A stretch of DNA of 64,000 nt from contig JASCQW010000061.1 of assembly GCA_030264375.1 (NCBI GenBank), positions 118,583,046-118,647,045 on the forward strand. Reading direction: 5' to 3'. This DNA comes from Carcharhinus longimanus. Taxonomy: Eukaryota. Shown here one piece after another: positions 1 to 13,148 of the stretch. Position 1 is the first letter of the stretch; every line of letters starts with the position of its first letter. The notes under the pieces were generated by a model that did no database searches, had not been told where the DNA came from, and saw only the letters and a program-made list of their open reading frames with translations. The position numbers were made by a program, and so were the translations under genes.

Positions 1-1300
1 ACACAGTATTCCAGGTGTGGCCTCACCAGCACCTTATACATCTGCAACATAATCTCCCTGTTTTTATACTCCATCCCTCTAGCAATGAAGGACGAAATTC
101 CATTTGCCTTCTTAATTACCTGTTGCGCCTGCGAACCAACGTTTTGTGATTCATGCACAAGGACACCCAGGTCCCTCTGCATAGCAGCGTGCTACAATTT
201 GTTACCATTTAAGTAATAGTCCATTTTGCTGTTATTCCTGCCAAAATAGATGACCTCACGTTTACCAACATTGTACTCCATCTAGCAGGCCTTTGCCTAC
301 TCACTTAAACTATCTGTAATCCCTTTGCAGACGTTTGGTGTCTTCTATACACTTTGCTCTACCGCTCATCTTAGTGTCATCTGCAAACTTTGACGCACGC
401 TACACTTGGTCCCCGACTCCAAATCTTCGATGTAAATTGTAAACGATCGCAGTCCCGACACCGATTTCGAAGGCACGCCGCTAATCACTGATCGCCAATC
501 AGAAAACACTTATTTTTCCCAATTCTCTTTTCTGTTAGTTAACCGATCCACTTTCCACGTTAATACATTACCTTAATGGCGTGCGACTTTATCTTTTGTG
601 CGGCACCTCGTCGAATGTCTTCTGAAAATCCTGATACGCCGCATCCACAGGTTCCCCGTTGCACACCAGGCACGCAATGTCCTCAGATAATTTCACTAAA
701 TTATTTAACGTGCCTTTTGTTAAGCCGTGCTGTTTTCCCAACGGGACAACTTCTATCCCGACGTCTCGCTATTTCTTTCTCGGTGATAGATTCAAGCGTT
801 CTCCCCACTACAAAAGTTAAGCTAACCAGCCTATAGTTACCTGCCATTCATCTACCTCCTTTTTTTAAACGGTGGCGTCCGTTTGCTGTTTTCCAAACTG
901 CTGGAACTACCCCAGAGTCCAGCAAATTTTGGTAAATTGCCACGAGTGCATTTGCTACGTCCCCCGCCATCTCTTTTAGTATCCTGAGATGCAATCTATC
1001 AATGCCAGGAGACTTGTCTACCTTCGGCCCTATTAGCCTATCTAACGCTGCTTCTTAGCGTTAACGATGGTTTCTAGGTCCTTAGCTGCCGTAGCTTTCT
1101 TGTCATCGGTTTTTGGCATGTTATTTGTGTCTTTCGCTGTGAAGACAGACACAAAATACATGTCCGATGCCTTGGCCGTTTCCTCATTTCCTATTATTAA
1201 ATCCCCCCTCCCGTCCTCTAAAGGATCAACGTTTACCTTAGCTACTCTTTTTCGTTTTATATGTTTGTGGAAACTTTTGCCATCTTATTTAAGTTCCTGA
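1..1300 (-). mobile_element. CR1 LINE ORF2 remnant
   Basis: Homologous to 41288-42516 (KFADD region at 370-390). Confidence 0.85.
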
Positions 1301-4300
1301 CAACATAAATTTCCTATGGGACAATGTCATAATAAATCATAAATGATTTCATAATAAATCATGAAACTGACAATTTAGTTAATACCCCTAGTATATACAT
1401 TTAGCCACCTAATTAACTGAGGCTGTCTCCCAGGTGAAATTCCATTTGCCTTCTTAATTACCTGCTGCCCCTGCGAACCAACATTTTGTGACGGTTTCCC
1501 AGGTGCAACAGTCCCCGTTATGAACAGTTTCCTGCTGTTGAAAATATGCAATTATTCATTGCCATGTGATTCATTAGGAGAAATGGTAGATCTACCTCAA
1601 CTGTAAATAGCTTTGGTTGAAATAAAAAGCCGTAAGTGTGCAGCACAACATAGTGGCTACCTGTCACTGGGTCAAACGCCTAGAACTCCCTTCTTAACGG
1701 CAGTGTGGGTGTACCTACAACAGACAGACTGCAGGTCCAACACCACCATCTCGAGGCGATTAGGGTCAGGTAACAAATGTTGACCTTGCCGGCGACGTTC
1801 ACACCGTATGAAAAAATAACTTAAAAAACGTAGAGGCAAGTGCAAGTACCGAGAAACGATGAACGTATTTCGTGCCTCGGTCACGATCTTTGGAATATGT
1901 CTGCGATTAGCAATAATCACACCTGTGGTTAAGACGCCTACAAGAATTGCATACAGTAATACGCACACTTAAAGTGTCACATTTCTCAGTTTCAAAAGAT
2001 TGAGAGAAACTCCACCACAATTAGCAAATAACAGGTTTTTAAACAGGAAAACCACACGAGGCACTGGAAGAGCCCCGCGTTATTTCACGTTGTGCCAAAT
2101 TCCAAGGCTCAATGCTTCATTTAAGTCGCGTTAGCGGTTCTGGGCCAGATCAGCCATCTGAATTGTCCTCAGCGCCTCTGGGCTAGCAAGAGAGAAAACT
2201 AAACGAAATGACAAGGTCAGCAGGTTTTCTATCCCTTACAGCTTTTCAGAGACTGAATTTGGTCCAGGCAAAATTCAGATGACGAGTTCACATTACTTAA
2301 TTTGCCACAATTTTAGACTTAAATATCAATCGCCGTTTATATTCAATTATTCCATTTGGAACGAAAGACGACAACTTGTATGTGAAACTTAAACCCTAGT
2401 GGAGCGCCCAGCCCTTCCGTCGGGCCTCTCCCAACCCCTTTTATCCACTCCAGCTTACTTCTGTCGCTTGTTTAATTGTTCCCAATTACCAGCTGGTTCT
2501 CCACTTACTGCACAAAATGTTTACAATCGCTTTCATTTTCCCTTTCCATTCGTCTTTTTTTTAAAAAGTTCCTAAATTAAGTGTCCTGACTTCCACCACT
2601 ACTTCCCTTAGCCAGCTGTCACAGTGCTGCGAAAGTACCTTGGGATGACTTGTCCTCTGATCGTACCTCCCTGCAGAAAAATATAAAGCTTTGAGCTTGA
2701 CACCTCCTACAGATAGCATATCCAAGATCAGGAATTCACTGAAACTAATTAAAGTAAGCGTTTTGACAAAATGAAGTTAATAAATAGTACAGGCACTCGC
2801 GTTAATCAGGAGTGAGTTAACTGTATGAGCATTTGCTTCTGAGAACCCGTGTCACCCAATTAAGTTGCGGCAGAATTCCATTAAATTAATCTTTCTTTTT
2901 ACAAATGTTAAAAAACGCATCCACGAAATGCAAAGGTATGCACCTTATAATAACTCACATTGATCAAAATGTCACAACTTCTGTTATTTTCTTATACTTC
3001 GCCCCAAAACAGAAACCAAAATTATCTTTCAGATAGATTTGAATCTAGTCATCTATCTTACATTGATAGCGTTGTCAGCCATTGTGCTGTTATCATGATG
3101 TCCCTCTTTAGAGCTAAAACTATTTACTACTGCAAAGCTCCAGTCTTATGCATTGATAATGACAGGTCCTCCTGTCAGCTACAAAACCTAAAGGCTGCAA
3201 TAAATATTCTCCAGGCCTCTGGAATTATCTTATCTGGAACTCTAAGGCACCGTAAATCTCTAAACATCAAAAAAGTCTTGCACGGGAATGTTGTTTAAAC
3301 TTCCACCTTTTGTGGAATGTAACTACGTTACAGTTAGAAGGGAAATGATGTTGAATATTCCAGTTGACTAACTGGTATCCGTGATGTAGCAGATTCCAAA
3401 AAACCCCAGCAAAGTTTATGGAAAGCCATATAAATATTTGTTATTGTTTTTATGTAAATCGACGTTTCAGTTTGCGATTTGGGCTTTAATGCTCCCGCTA
3501 ATGCAAATATCTTTTTCTTTATCTTCCAAGATCATTGTAAAGTAAAACAATATATTACATTCAATTAATATTGTGCTGCTGGCCTTGGACCGGGTAGGGG
3601 GGTTTTAGAGTTGGTCGTCTGGTTAAGAGAAATTTTCAAACGTCCGTCAATTAATAAGTTGATATTTTTTCAATGTTGGAGCTTCCGCGTCTGTACGTTA
3701 CGACGGTGCAAGGATCTATTATTCCAGTGCGACAATAAAGATGTTTTAAATGATCTTGGTAGACTCGGGTTAAGTGTCATTAGGAGGAGGCAAGACAGAC
3801 AAAAGGAAAAAAAAAATAAGCTCGGCTAAGGACCAGATTGCATTCGAAGACCAAGAACGTGAGGACAAAAACCAAGCTCGGCAATAACGGTCAAATGGGT
3901 TAATGTCAATATCTATGCCGATGAGCCATTCCTCCTGTGTGAATCAAGCATCAGAAGGCATCTACAGAACCTTTTCCTCGAGTCACCACTTTCAACAAAG
4001 AAAGAGCTGAGCGCGTTGAAAAAGAAAAACAAACTGCTCGCTTGAAAGTTTCATAAAAACTCCTGCAGCTTTACTAAAGGTTCGGCGGCTAACGAGAAGT
4101 TACGACGCTACTACCGATCAAGTTTCCTGGAGTACGAGTCAAAATATAGTTTGAAAACTTCAGTATTTTGATCGTATACATTTTGAAGACCTCAGCGTTT
4201 TGAAAGCTTTTACACGTCGATGAAAAGGCAGGGATTAATCTTTGATATTTCAGACACAGCACAAGTTATAAACATGAAGCAGTTAGCCTTCGCGTCCACC

Positions 4301-6326
4301 GCTAACATTCTAAACAGAAAGGCAAACCGTTTCAGAAAAAGAAATATTCCTTGCGTACTTCTCGTCTTTGACGGTCTGGTTTATATTTGTGATATACGCA
4401 ATATTTAAAATAAAAGCTCTACAGACAGATTTACGAGTGTTATCAGCAAACTGATGGATCTGAATTTCAAACTGAAAAATGTATTAACTGCTTCAGCCCA
4501 ATTTAACATTCTGGAAATGTCTGGTCAACGCTTTGCAATTCCTGGAATGCCATTAGCAGAGAATGATGGATTGCGACTGCTCGGTGACATGAACAGATGT
4601 TTAAACTTCACATGCATTTAAAACATTTTAATAGCTGCTGAACAGACTGGACAACTTTTTAAACAAAGATCACTTTCGTGTAATAAATTAGCTTCAATTT
4701 ATACTTAACGATATGTCTGTTTATCTTTAAAGTGAGACAGTACAAATGAATGCATACGTTTCGGTATATGTCATATCTAATACTCTCAATTATGATTTTT
4801 GAAGAGCGAGTTATATTTTTAATAGAAAAGATGAAATTTCATGATTTGCATAATTATTGTGCTTATCTTCTGGTCATTATGGGCAACATCTGCAAATTGA
4901 AAACCTGTGGGCTCTTAATTAGCCACAAATTTTCATCCCCCACCGAGGTACCAGCTCTGTGACAGATAATGGGGTCACTGAAATCTTGGAGTGAAAAAAG
5001 TTGTGTCATTTCTAGCCAGAAGATGTTGACCGACTGTCCAAATAATTTATTATCCTCAAGCGTGAACTTATGAAGAAAGTCACAACAACTAAATCTTTTC
5101 CTGGAGGCTGAGAAAAAACAGAACTCTGTTTGCATTGCTTTTACATGGATGATATGGATAAGGTCAAAATAAACAAGCTGTGTAAGTTAGATAAAGAGCT
5201 TGCGACTGGAGTCCACAGTTCAAAATCTACAAGCCTCAAGCACAGCTGAGGTGAGGGAAAAGGCTCTGCCGCAGGCTAGCGGACGAGAGGACAAAATTGT
5301 TTTGGGGTTAGCCGATGTATTTAAAAAGGGACCCGAGCTTTCCTCTCAGGGAGGAACTTAAAATGCGATCGAAAGTAAATGGAGGTACGAGGGGCTGAAG
5401 GCGCGACAGAATTTTAAGGACTGTGGACGGAATCGATCGATGTTCCGAATGGCTTTTCTCACTTTAAAGTTTCTCCTGGAACTTCTCTGATTGTTTAAGG
5501 TCGAATGAGAATGTTCTTTGATCAGAATACGCTTTCATCAAAAATAATCCAATTTTATTTTTGTTATCAATTATCTGCACGAAAGCACATAAATCGGTCA
5601 CTTATGTGGCTCCAGAATGTAAAAGATATNNNNNNNNNNNNNNNNNNNNNNNNNNNNNNNNNNNNNNNNNNNNNNNNNNNNNNNNNNNNNNNNNNNNNNN
5701 NNNNNNNNNNNNNNNNNNNNNNNNNNNNNGCTCCCTGTTACTGATATCACTGGAATCGCTGGAATGGTGGGAAATCCAGTTTTAAGATCTCAGTGAGCAG
5801 AAACGCATCAAAACTTTATTCTTCCCATAAAACGTCAAGTACTTTGAACCAAGGGTAATCTCCCTAGACCTAATTTCACTTTAAGCACAGTAATAAACTT
5901 TAACAGCTTCGATTAAAAGGGAGCAGATACGGCACCTTGGAAAGTGAATTCGCTTTCTTCTGACTTCTGGAATTTCGTCGAGGCAAATGAGATGAAATTG
6001 TTCTCCCTCCGCCTGCCACAATCTCAATCAGAGTCTACAGCGCAGCTCATGCAGGAAATGGAAATTCCACACTGGAGCAGCAGATTGCTTTTCTGAGGCT
6101 GGTGTTGTTTAGCTCATAATTTCCAGCTTAAGATTACACACTGCAGACACCGGGTGCCTGTAGTGGATAAACTTTCTATCGCCCACAGCACAAAGCTTCA
6201 CCAAACATTATGCTCTGTTTCACTTGTGCGTTCACGAACATTAAACCGTGACTTAAAACCGGCAAAACGTACACAAATATATTTTAACAAAACTGTCAAG
6301 AAAAGAATAAAAAAATGTTGATGTAC

Positions 6327-6437
6327 CTTATTTACTTCTACAATTTCCCGCCTCTCTTCGTTTGCTAAGCGGAGTTGATTCGCCAAGCTACGATCTTCGT
6401 GTTTTGTAGTATCGTCTTCCACGTAAGGAATCAGTTG
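6327..6437 (-). CDS. MED30: MED30 third coding exon (111 nt)
   Basis: QLIPYVEDDTTKHEDRSLANQLRLANEERREIVEVNK. TAG acceptor and AAG|GTACAT donor; phase 0/0. The final exon (KLKQKNQQLK...-like) was not found in the window. Confidence 0.95.
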
Positions 6438-7949
6438 CTATGGACATATAATGACACTTGAATAAAATCATGCTCTCTCTGCCCTTCCCACCCACTCAGG
6501 AGCGGCATGCCGAATCTTTGGCTTCGTGGGTACTGTTTTCACTTGAGTTGCGTCCTCAAGTGCCATCTGGAGGATTCCTAACATGCGCCTATAATTTCAG
6601 TACTGTTAGAGGTACCGTCTTTAGACTGATGCATTAAACGGAGGCCCTGTTTGCCCGTCCTAGATAACTGCAGATTAGCCCTGGTAAATATGCTCCTCAA
6701 ACAACCCACCCAATAGGAATAATATTTCAAATTTCTTGCGTTACCTTGGACAAAGGAAAATGGTCTGATCCTTAGATACTTTGCTAGTATCTGTAAGCCA
6801 GTGTAATGAGACAAAGTACTTCAGTGCCTAGCCTCAGTCTACCAGCAAATCTCCACTGCTGCTCAGTCACAGAAAAAATTCTTGTTCTTTAAAAAGACTA
6901 GTTTTATGTTACCGTTTACCTATTTTGAGATGCCATTAAAACAGACCGAGTTAAACTCTGAAGTTAAGGTTTCTTTTTAAAATGTACTTTACACTCCAGC
7001 AGAATTAGAGAAATACTTATTCAGGTTTCTGCATCATTATCGAGTTGAGACTTTTGTTGCTTTTGAACTTAATTTAGATGCAAGTCAGGATTCTTCCAAA
7101 AAGATGTGATGTTCCCAACATACGGGAAAACACGAGTAAACCCCACTGGTTTTTTCAGTGTGATTTCCAGAATGAATCTCCGACCCATGCATCAGTTGTG
7201 ATTCACTTTGGAAATCTGGGAGGCAGGGCCTGTTCTCGTCGGAGAGGCTGGCAACACGGTGCTGAGTGGGCCACTGCACATGCACCAATCTATCTGCGTG
7301 GAGATCAGCGTATGTGCACTGGTTTCCCCTCCCCCCCACCCCATTGCCAACCTCTGGATTGCTAGTACAGCGACCCTGCATTGCTGGCTTGCAGAAGTCC
7401 CCCACCCTCTGATCGCTGGCCTCCCGGACGTTTCCGGCAAGCTCTGATGTCGCTTCTGCGCCCCCTGCCCCGCCTTCGGTCAGCCCCAATCTCCCCAACA
7501 TNNNNNNNNNNGGCCTCCCTGACTTCCAGTGCTGAGTTGACTACATGAAAAACAAAAATTAGTTCTGGAAACGAGCAGTGGCCACGACATCCGCAGAGAA
7601 GCCAGCAAAATGGTTCCCCTGAGGTCACCCCGCCCACTGTGCTATTGGAGCGGCATAGTGGGCTGGGAGAATTGCCCTCCCCTCATCTGTGCTGTAGTGG
7701 CTTGTCAAAGAGGCCAAAATGTGCACCAAACCACCAAGCAGATGATTCTAGTTTAATCTGGTTTGTGATGCAGGCCAAAATACTCTAATGGTCTAAAAAA
7801 AAAGAGAATTGTTGTTTTTAATCTCTCGAATGCTTTTTTGAAAGACAGGAACTTCCAGGCAGTATCCTTTTAAAGAGACAGTCTTGGTTCCAAGCCTTTT
7901 ACTCTAATTTGCGTTTTGCTAAAGGTGACAATCCAGTTCTCTGTACTTC

Positions 7950-8870
7950 GGGGGGGATTATTCACTCAGCTTGTTCTGCTGCTCAAGTTGTTTTTTGGCC
8001 CGCTGCACATCAGCAGAGGCCGTTTTTCAGGCTTCCTGCTGGGTGCCACATCCGCCACAAGTTTCCGAGGTAAATATTTCCAGAGTAATCAGCTCCGTGC
8101 CGATTACCAGATGGAAATCAGGATTTACATCTGATTAGTGGGCCTGGGACTGAAGTCTCCTGGCCTGCCAGCATCTCCTAATTCCATCACCGCCCCCCCC
8201 CCCTCCCCCTCCCCCGCCAACATACAGGTCAGCAGAGTTTACTCCTGCTCCCCGCCAGTGGGGAACAGGCAGCCAACCCTGCTGGAGAGAAGAGAGGCAT
8301 TAAGGTCCCTCCAGGAGGCCGGAGGTAACGGGAGGTTTTCCCTGGGCAATGCCAGCCTGGCCCCTGGCACCGTCCAAAGGGGCAAACTGACACTAGCAAG
8401 GGGGATGGGCCAGTGNNNNNNNNNNNNNNNNNNNNNNNNNNNNNNNNNNNNNNNNNNNNNNNNNNNNNNNNNNNNNNNNNNNNNNNNNNNNNNNNNNNNN
8501 NNNNNNNNNNNNNNNCTAGCAAGGGGGATGGGCCAGTGCGGGGCAGGGGTGAGAAATCGGTAGGTATTGGGGTGGGGGGGCGGGGGGGGTGGTCCTGCTG
8601 CAACTTTGCACTTGGGATCACAGGCAGTGGGACGGAGGATGGTGATCAGGGCTGGTCATCTGCACGGATGGTGGGGCGAGAGCGAAACTGGGAGATTAGA
8701 GCTGGCTGGGGGAACATCGGGACTGGCCAAGAGTTGCAGGAGGCCGGCAGTTGAGGGGTGCACAGAGTGTTGGAGGTTCATTCTGGAAATCATACAAAAA
8801 AAACTGGCAGCATTTACTCCTATTTTCCCATAAATTGGGGACTTAGGACTTTTTTGGGAGAATCCTAGCT
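7950..8870. mobile_element. GC-rich non-autonomous TIR element, related to 44170-44930
   Basis: Shares internal blocks with the 44170 element (CTGCTGCxACTxTGCAxTTGGGATCA; GGGCAAA..GCAC); ends GGGAGAATCC. A similar end GGGAGAATTGCCC occurs near 7665. Confidence 0.55.
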
Positions 8871-9269
8871 CTGGTCTTTGTTATTAGTGAAAGGTTTGCC
8901 TCAACAAGCATAAAACCACCTCAAAAACTGAAGAGCTCTAATGTGAGGGGCAAACAATACAATTTCATTAATTATATGTCGAGTGAGTTTATTAAAACAT
9001 AAACATCCTACTCTATTTCTAAAATGAAGTTTTCGTATCTTTAAAAAGTTTGCAGGGTGTATGAAATTCGATTACACGTTTAGGGAATTATTGATAGATC
9101 AGGTTACTGTATTGAAGGATGCTAATTAATAGATCCTAATATTTAAAATTAACTTTCTCTGCTTTTAGCTTTAACTCTAATGAAAAATGTAAGAAATGAA
9201 ATTTTCATTCATGCAAATCTGAATTCATTAAAAAAAAGCTTGTCTACAAAGTCTTGAATAAAACCATCT

Positions 9270-10470
9270 CATTTATTTGGCATTTTTAATGCAATAAAAC
9301 TTGAGAAGGCATTTCTAGGAGTTACAAACAACATATGAGACTGAATTGCATTAGCAGATATTTGGTCAGATGATCATAACTGTGGTTAAGAAATGCCTTA
9401 AAAAGGATAAAACAAGGTAGTGAAGGGTAGAGATGGAATTTCCAAGCATTGGGCCTCGCAACTGAAGGCGTGGCCATCAATGGTGGTGCAATTAAAACAG
9501 TGGATGCTCGAGAGGCCCGAGTTAGATAGATGCAGATATGTCAGACTTGTGGGATTAGAGGATATTAGAGAAACAGGCAGGGACGAGGCCCTGGAAGGAT
9601 TTTCAAATAAGGAGAAAAAATTTTAAAATAAAGACATTGCTTGAATGTGTGCCCAACGGAGGTTAGTAAGCCAGGAGTGACAGATGAACAGGGCTTGGTG
9701 CAAATAAAGACACGAGCAGCAGCGTTTTGGATGACCTCAGGATTACAGAGTAGGATATGGAAGACTAACCAGGAGTGCATGGGAGCTATTAAGTCTAGAC
9801 AGAAAGGAACAAATGAAGGACTTCAATAGCAGATGAGCTGAGACAGGAGCACAGTCAGGTGATGTCAGGGGCATGAAAACTGACAGGGTTAGTAATGGAG
9901 TGAACGACAGCCTGGCCCCTGGCACTGTCCAAGGAGCAAACTGGCACTAGCAAGGTGATCAGGGCTGGTCATTTGCGTGGATGGTGGGGCGAGAGCGAAA
10001 TTGGGAGATTAGATGAATTTTTAGATCAATTCGTCGAGGAACCAAAAAGGGAACACGCGACCCTAGATTTGGTATTGTGCATATATATAGTGAAATATAT
10101 AGTGAAAAGCTCATCTCAAGGTCAAATGCAACACTGAATTTGCAGATGGTCTTGTTTGTCTCTGGTTTGCCAGGGAAAGGAATGGAGTCAATAAATTTGA
10201 AAGGGAGTTTGGACCAAAAACAGTGACTTCAGTTTTCCGAATACTTAATTGGTGGAAATTTCCAGAATATTGGATAGTCTGATAGTTTAGCAACAGTGGA
10301 GGAATCGCAAGAGGCGGTGGTGAGGTAGAGTCGGTGTGATTGGTGTTGATGTAAAAGCTAATGCTGCTCTTTCAGATGATGTCACCAAGGCGTAACAGAT
10401 AGATGAGAATAAGAGGGGAGCAAAGGATGAATCTTTGGGGGCCACCAGAGATAATGGTGCAGTAGCCGGA
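9270..10470 (-). mobile_element. L2 LINE 3' remnant
   Basis: QLSIRKTEV and IQNAAARV..SVTPGL motifs. Other L2 pieces at 30140-30705, 37900-38450 and 47050-47545. Confidence 0.75.
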
Positions 10471-11859
10471 GGAGTAACCATAGAAATCAATGTACTAAAA
10501 TCAGAATTATATTGATTTCAGATCCAATGCAAAGAAACTATAAAAGCAAAGGAGCTCATTCCTTTGGAAGGAAATCATGAACAGAACCTAGCAGAATCTT
10601 TGGTGTGTCAAATGTGGTGAATGTCATATTTATTTAAAAGCACCCCAGTTTTAAATCACACAACCCTTCAAACTATATTACGGGAAACTTCTGTACAATA
10701 ATCAACGAGTTCCCAAATTGCTGAATGTTTTATTACATAAAAATAATACTTTAAATTGGGGACAATATCGGAGGGTTGCTTTGGGCTGCATTGGAGTGCT
10801 TAAGTTGGAGCTTGGCGAGTGAGGGAGTTTGGTGAAGAGGGGAAGGAGGTGCTCCTTCATTTTTCCACCTTTCCTCAGAAAGAAGAGGAACTTTCTTGAT
10901 TAAGTAGAGCCTGGTGAGTATTTCTGCTGCCCGTAATATTCTCTGAGCTAGAGAAGGCAAAAGTTTAGGGAATAATTTAAGGGTAAGTCGTGGCACAGCA
11001 GCTCGGCCGTGTGGAATGCTCCTCCTGTGATGTGGGAATTCAGGGTGACTACGTGTGCTGGAAGTGTCTCCAACTGCAGTTACTTGGAATCCGTGTTTCA
11101 GAGTTGTGGGTGGAGTCGCTCTGGAGCACGTGCAATGATAGCATCCTCGATGATTGCATGTACAGCCAGTTGGTCACATTATAGGTAGACTGCACAGACA
11201 GAAAGGGAACAGGTGACTGCCAGACAGAGTCAAAGTACCAGCAAGGTAATGCAGGAGCTCTCTGGATCTAACTCCTCCTTCAACAGATTTCCTGTTTTGG
11301 ATACCACTGGGGTAGATGGTTTCTCAGGGAAATCGAGAAAGATCCAACTCCACGGGACAGCGAGTGGCTCACTCTGCAGCAGAGTTTTGGGGGTGGGGGG
11401 GATAAAAAGTGGGAGAACAATAGTAACAGGGGATTCTACTGTAAGGGGAACATACAGAAGTTCTGCAGCTGCAGATGTGACACCAAGATAGGAGAGCGCC
11501 TCCTTGGCGCCAGGGTCAAAGATCTCACTGAACAGCTACAAGATATTTGGAAGGGGAAGGGTAAGGGTGAACAGCCAGAGATCACGGTCCACATTGGTAC
11601 TAACAACATAGGCAAAAAGAGGGATGAAGTCCTGATGGTAGAATATAGTGAACTAGGAAGTAAATTTGAAAGCAAGATTCAAGGGAAGTAGTCACAGGAT
11701 TATACCCAGTGCCACATGCAGGCGAGATCAGGAATAACAAAATAGACCAGATGAATGTGAGACTGGAGGGATGCCATAAGGAGGGAGGGATTTAGATTCC
11801 TGAGGCACTGGGACTGGTTCTGGGGGAGATGGGAGCTGTACAGCTGGAAGGGTTGAACC

Positions 11860-11930
11860 CAGTAAAAAGTCTGACAACACCAGGTTTTAGTCCAACCGAT
11901 TTATTTGATAGTAAACGCACATCCACATCA
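11860..11930. mobile_element. Mini Penelope insertion (inverted pLTR piece plus forward terminus) with 13-bp target-site duplication
   Basis: Direct repeat AGGGTTGAACCCA at 11849-11861 and 11930-11942; interrupts CR1 ORF1. Confidence 0.78.
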
Positions 11931-12819
11931 GGGTTGAACCCAAACAGGATTGGGACCAATATCCTCGTGGAGTATTCACGAGCATTCAAGGGAAGTGTTT
12001 CAGTTAGTGTGGTAGGGGATGGGAACTTGAGCAGGGAGACCCCGTGAGATGGAAACAAAGAAAGAAAAGCAGAAAGCAGAAAGTGGATTCAGAGAAAATG
12101 AGAGCTAGCAGAAAATAGTGTTCCAGGACAAAAAAAAGAGTGTAAAAAGGTTTTAAAAATAGTCTAAAATTTACGGAGCATTTGCAATAAGGTAAACAAA
12201 TTAAGAGCACAAATAGCTGTAAACGGGTACGATGTCACTGCCAATCCAGAAACCTGGCTGCAGAGTGACAAGGGGTGGGAACTGAATATGCAAGGGTACT
12301 CAACGTATACAAAGCACGAGCAAAATGGAAAAGGAGGCGATATGGCAATGTTAGTTAAGGATGAAATCAGTGCAATAATGAAAACCTAGATATAGAATCA
12401 GTCTAGATGGAACTAAGAAGCAACAAGGAATGTAAAATATTAATGGGACTGGTCTTCAGGCCTCCAAACAGTAGTGGAAAGGTAGGGGACGACATTAAAC
12501 AGGAAATAAGAGATGCAAAGATAACATAATAAAGGTGCCATATTAGTCGTGGGTAACTTTAGTAGACACACAGACGGGCAAACATCATTAGCAACAATAC
12601 CGTGGTGGATGAATTCTTGATGTGTACACGAGATGAATTTTTAGATCAATTCGTCGAGGAACCAAATAGGGAACACGCGACCCTAGATTTGGTATTGTGC
12701 ACTCAAAGTGTTAATTAATAATCTTGTTGTGCAGGATCATTTAGGGAACAAGTGACCGTAAGATGATAGAATTCTTCATCAGCCCAGAAAATGAACAAGT
12801 CCAACCTGAAAGTAGGTCC

Positions 12820-13148
12820 ATAGAAATCACAGAAACTCTACAGTACAGAAAGAGGCCATTCAGCCCATCGGGTCTGCACCGACAACAATCCCACCCAGGC
12901 CCTAAAATATGTATCCCTACATATTTTACCCACCGATCCCTCTAACCTACCCATCACAGGACACTGAGGGGCACCTAACCTGCCCATCTTTGGACTGTAG
13001 GAGGAAACCGGAGCACCTGGAGGAAACCCATGCAGACATGAGGAGAATGTGCAAACTCCACACAGACAGGGACCCAAGCCAGAAATCGAACCCAGGTCCT
13101 TGGAGCTGTGCAGCAGCAGTGCTAACCACTGTGCTACTGTGCCACCCA
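12820..13148 (-). mobile_element. V-SINE (HE1-like, tRNA-derived), full length
   Basis: A box TAGCACAGTGG, B box GGTTCGATTTC, V-domain GTGGAGTTTGCACATTCTCC, CR1-like tail. Other copies near 13650-13885, 14415-14606, 26425-26700, 32675-32930 (+), 34280-34550, 36860-37030, 47545-47740, 50240-50375, 52948-53145, 59450-59760. Confidence 0.88.

Noticed and set aside
1300-6300. Search for the last MED30 coding exon
   Set aside because: No KLKQKNQQLK..LIWDINAML-like frame found by eye; it probably lies outside the window or in the gap.
8393-8538. Repeat of CTAGCAAGGGGGATGGGCCAGTG
   Set aside because: Flanks a 100-N gap; assembly overlap artefact.
12820-13148. tRNA gene suggested by A and B boxes
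   Set aside because: It is the head of a V-SINE with no complete cloverleaf.
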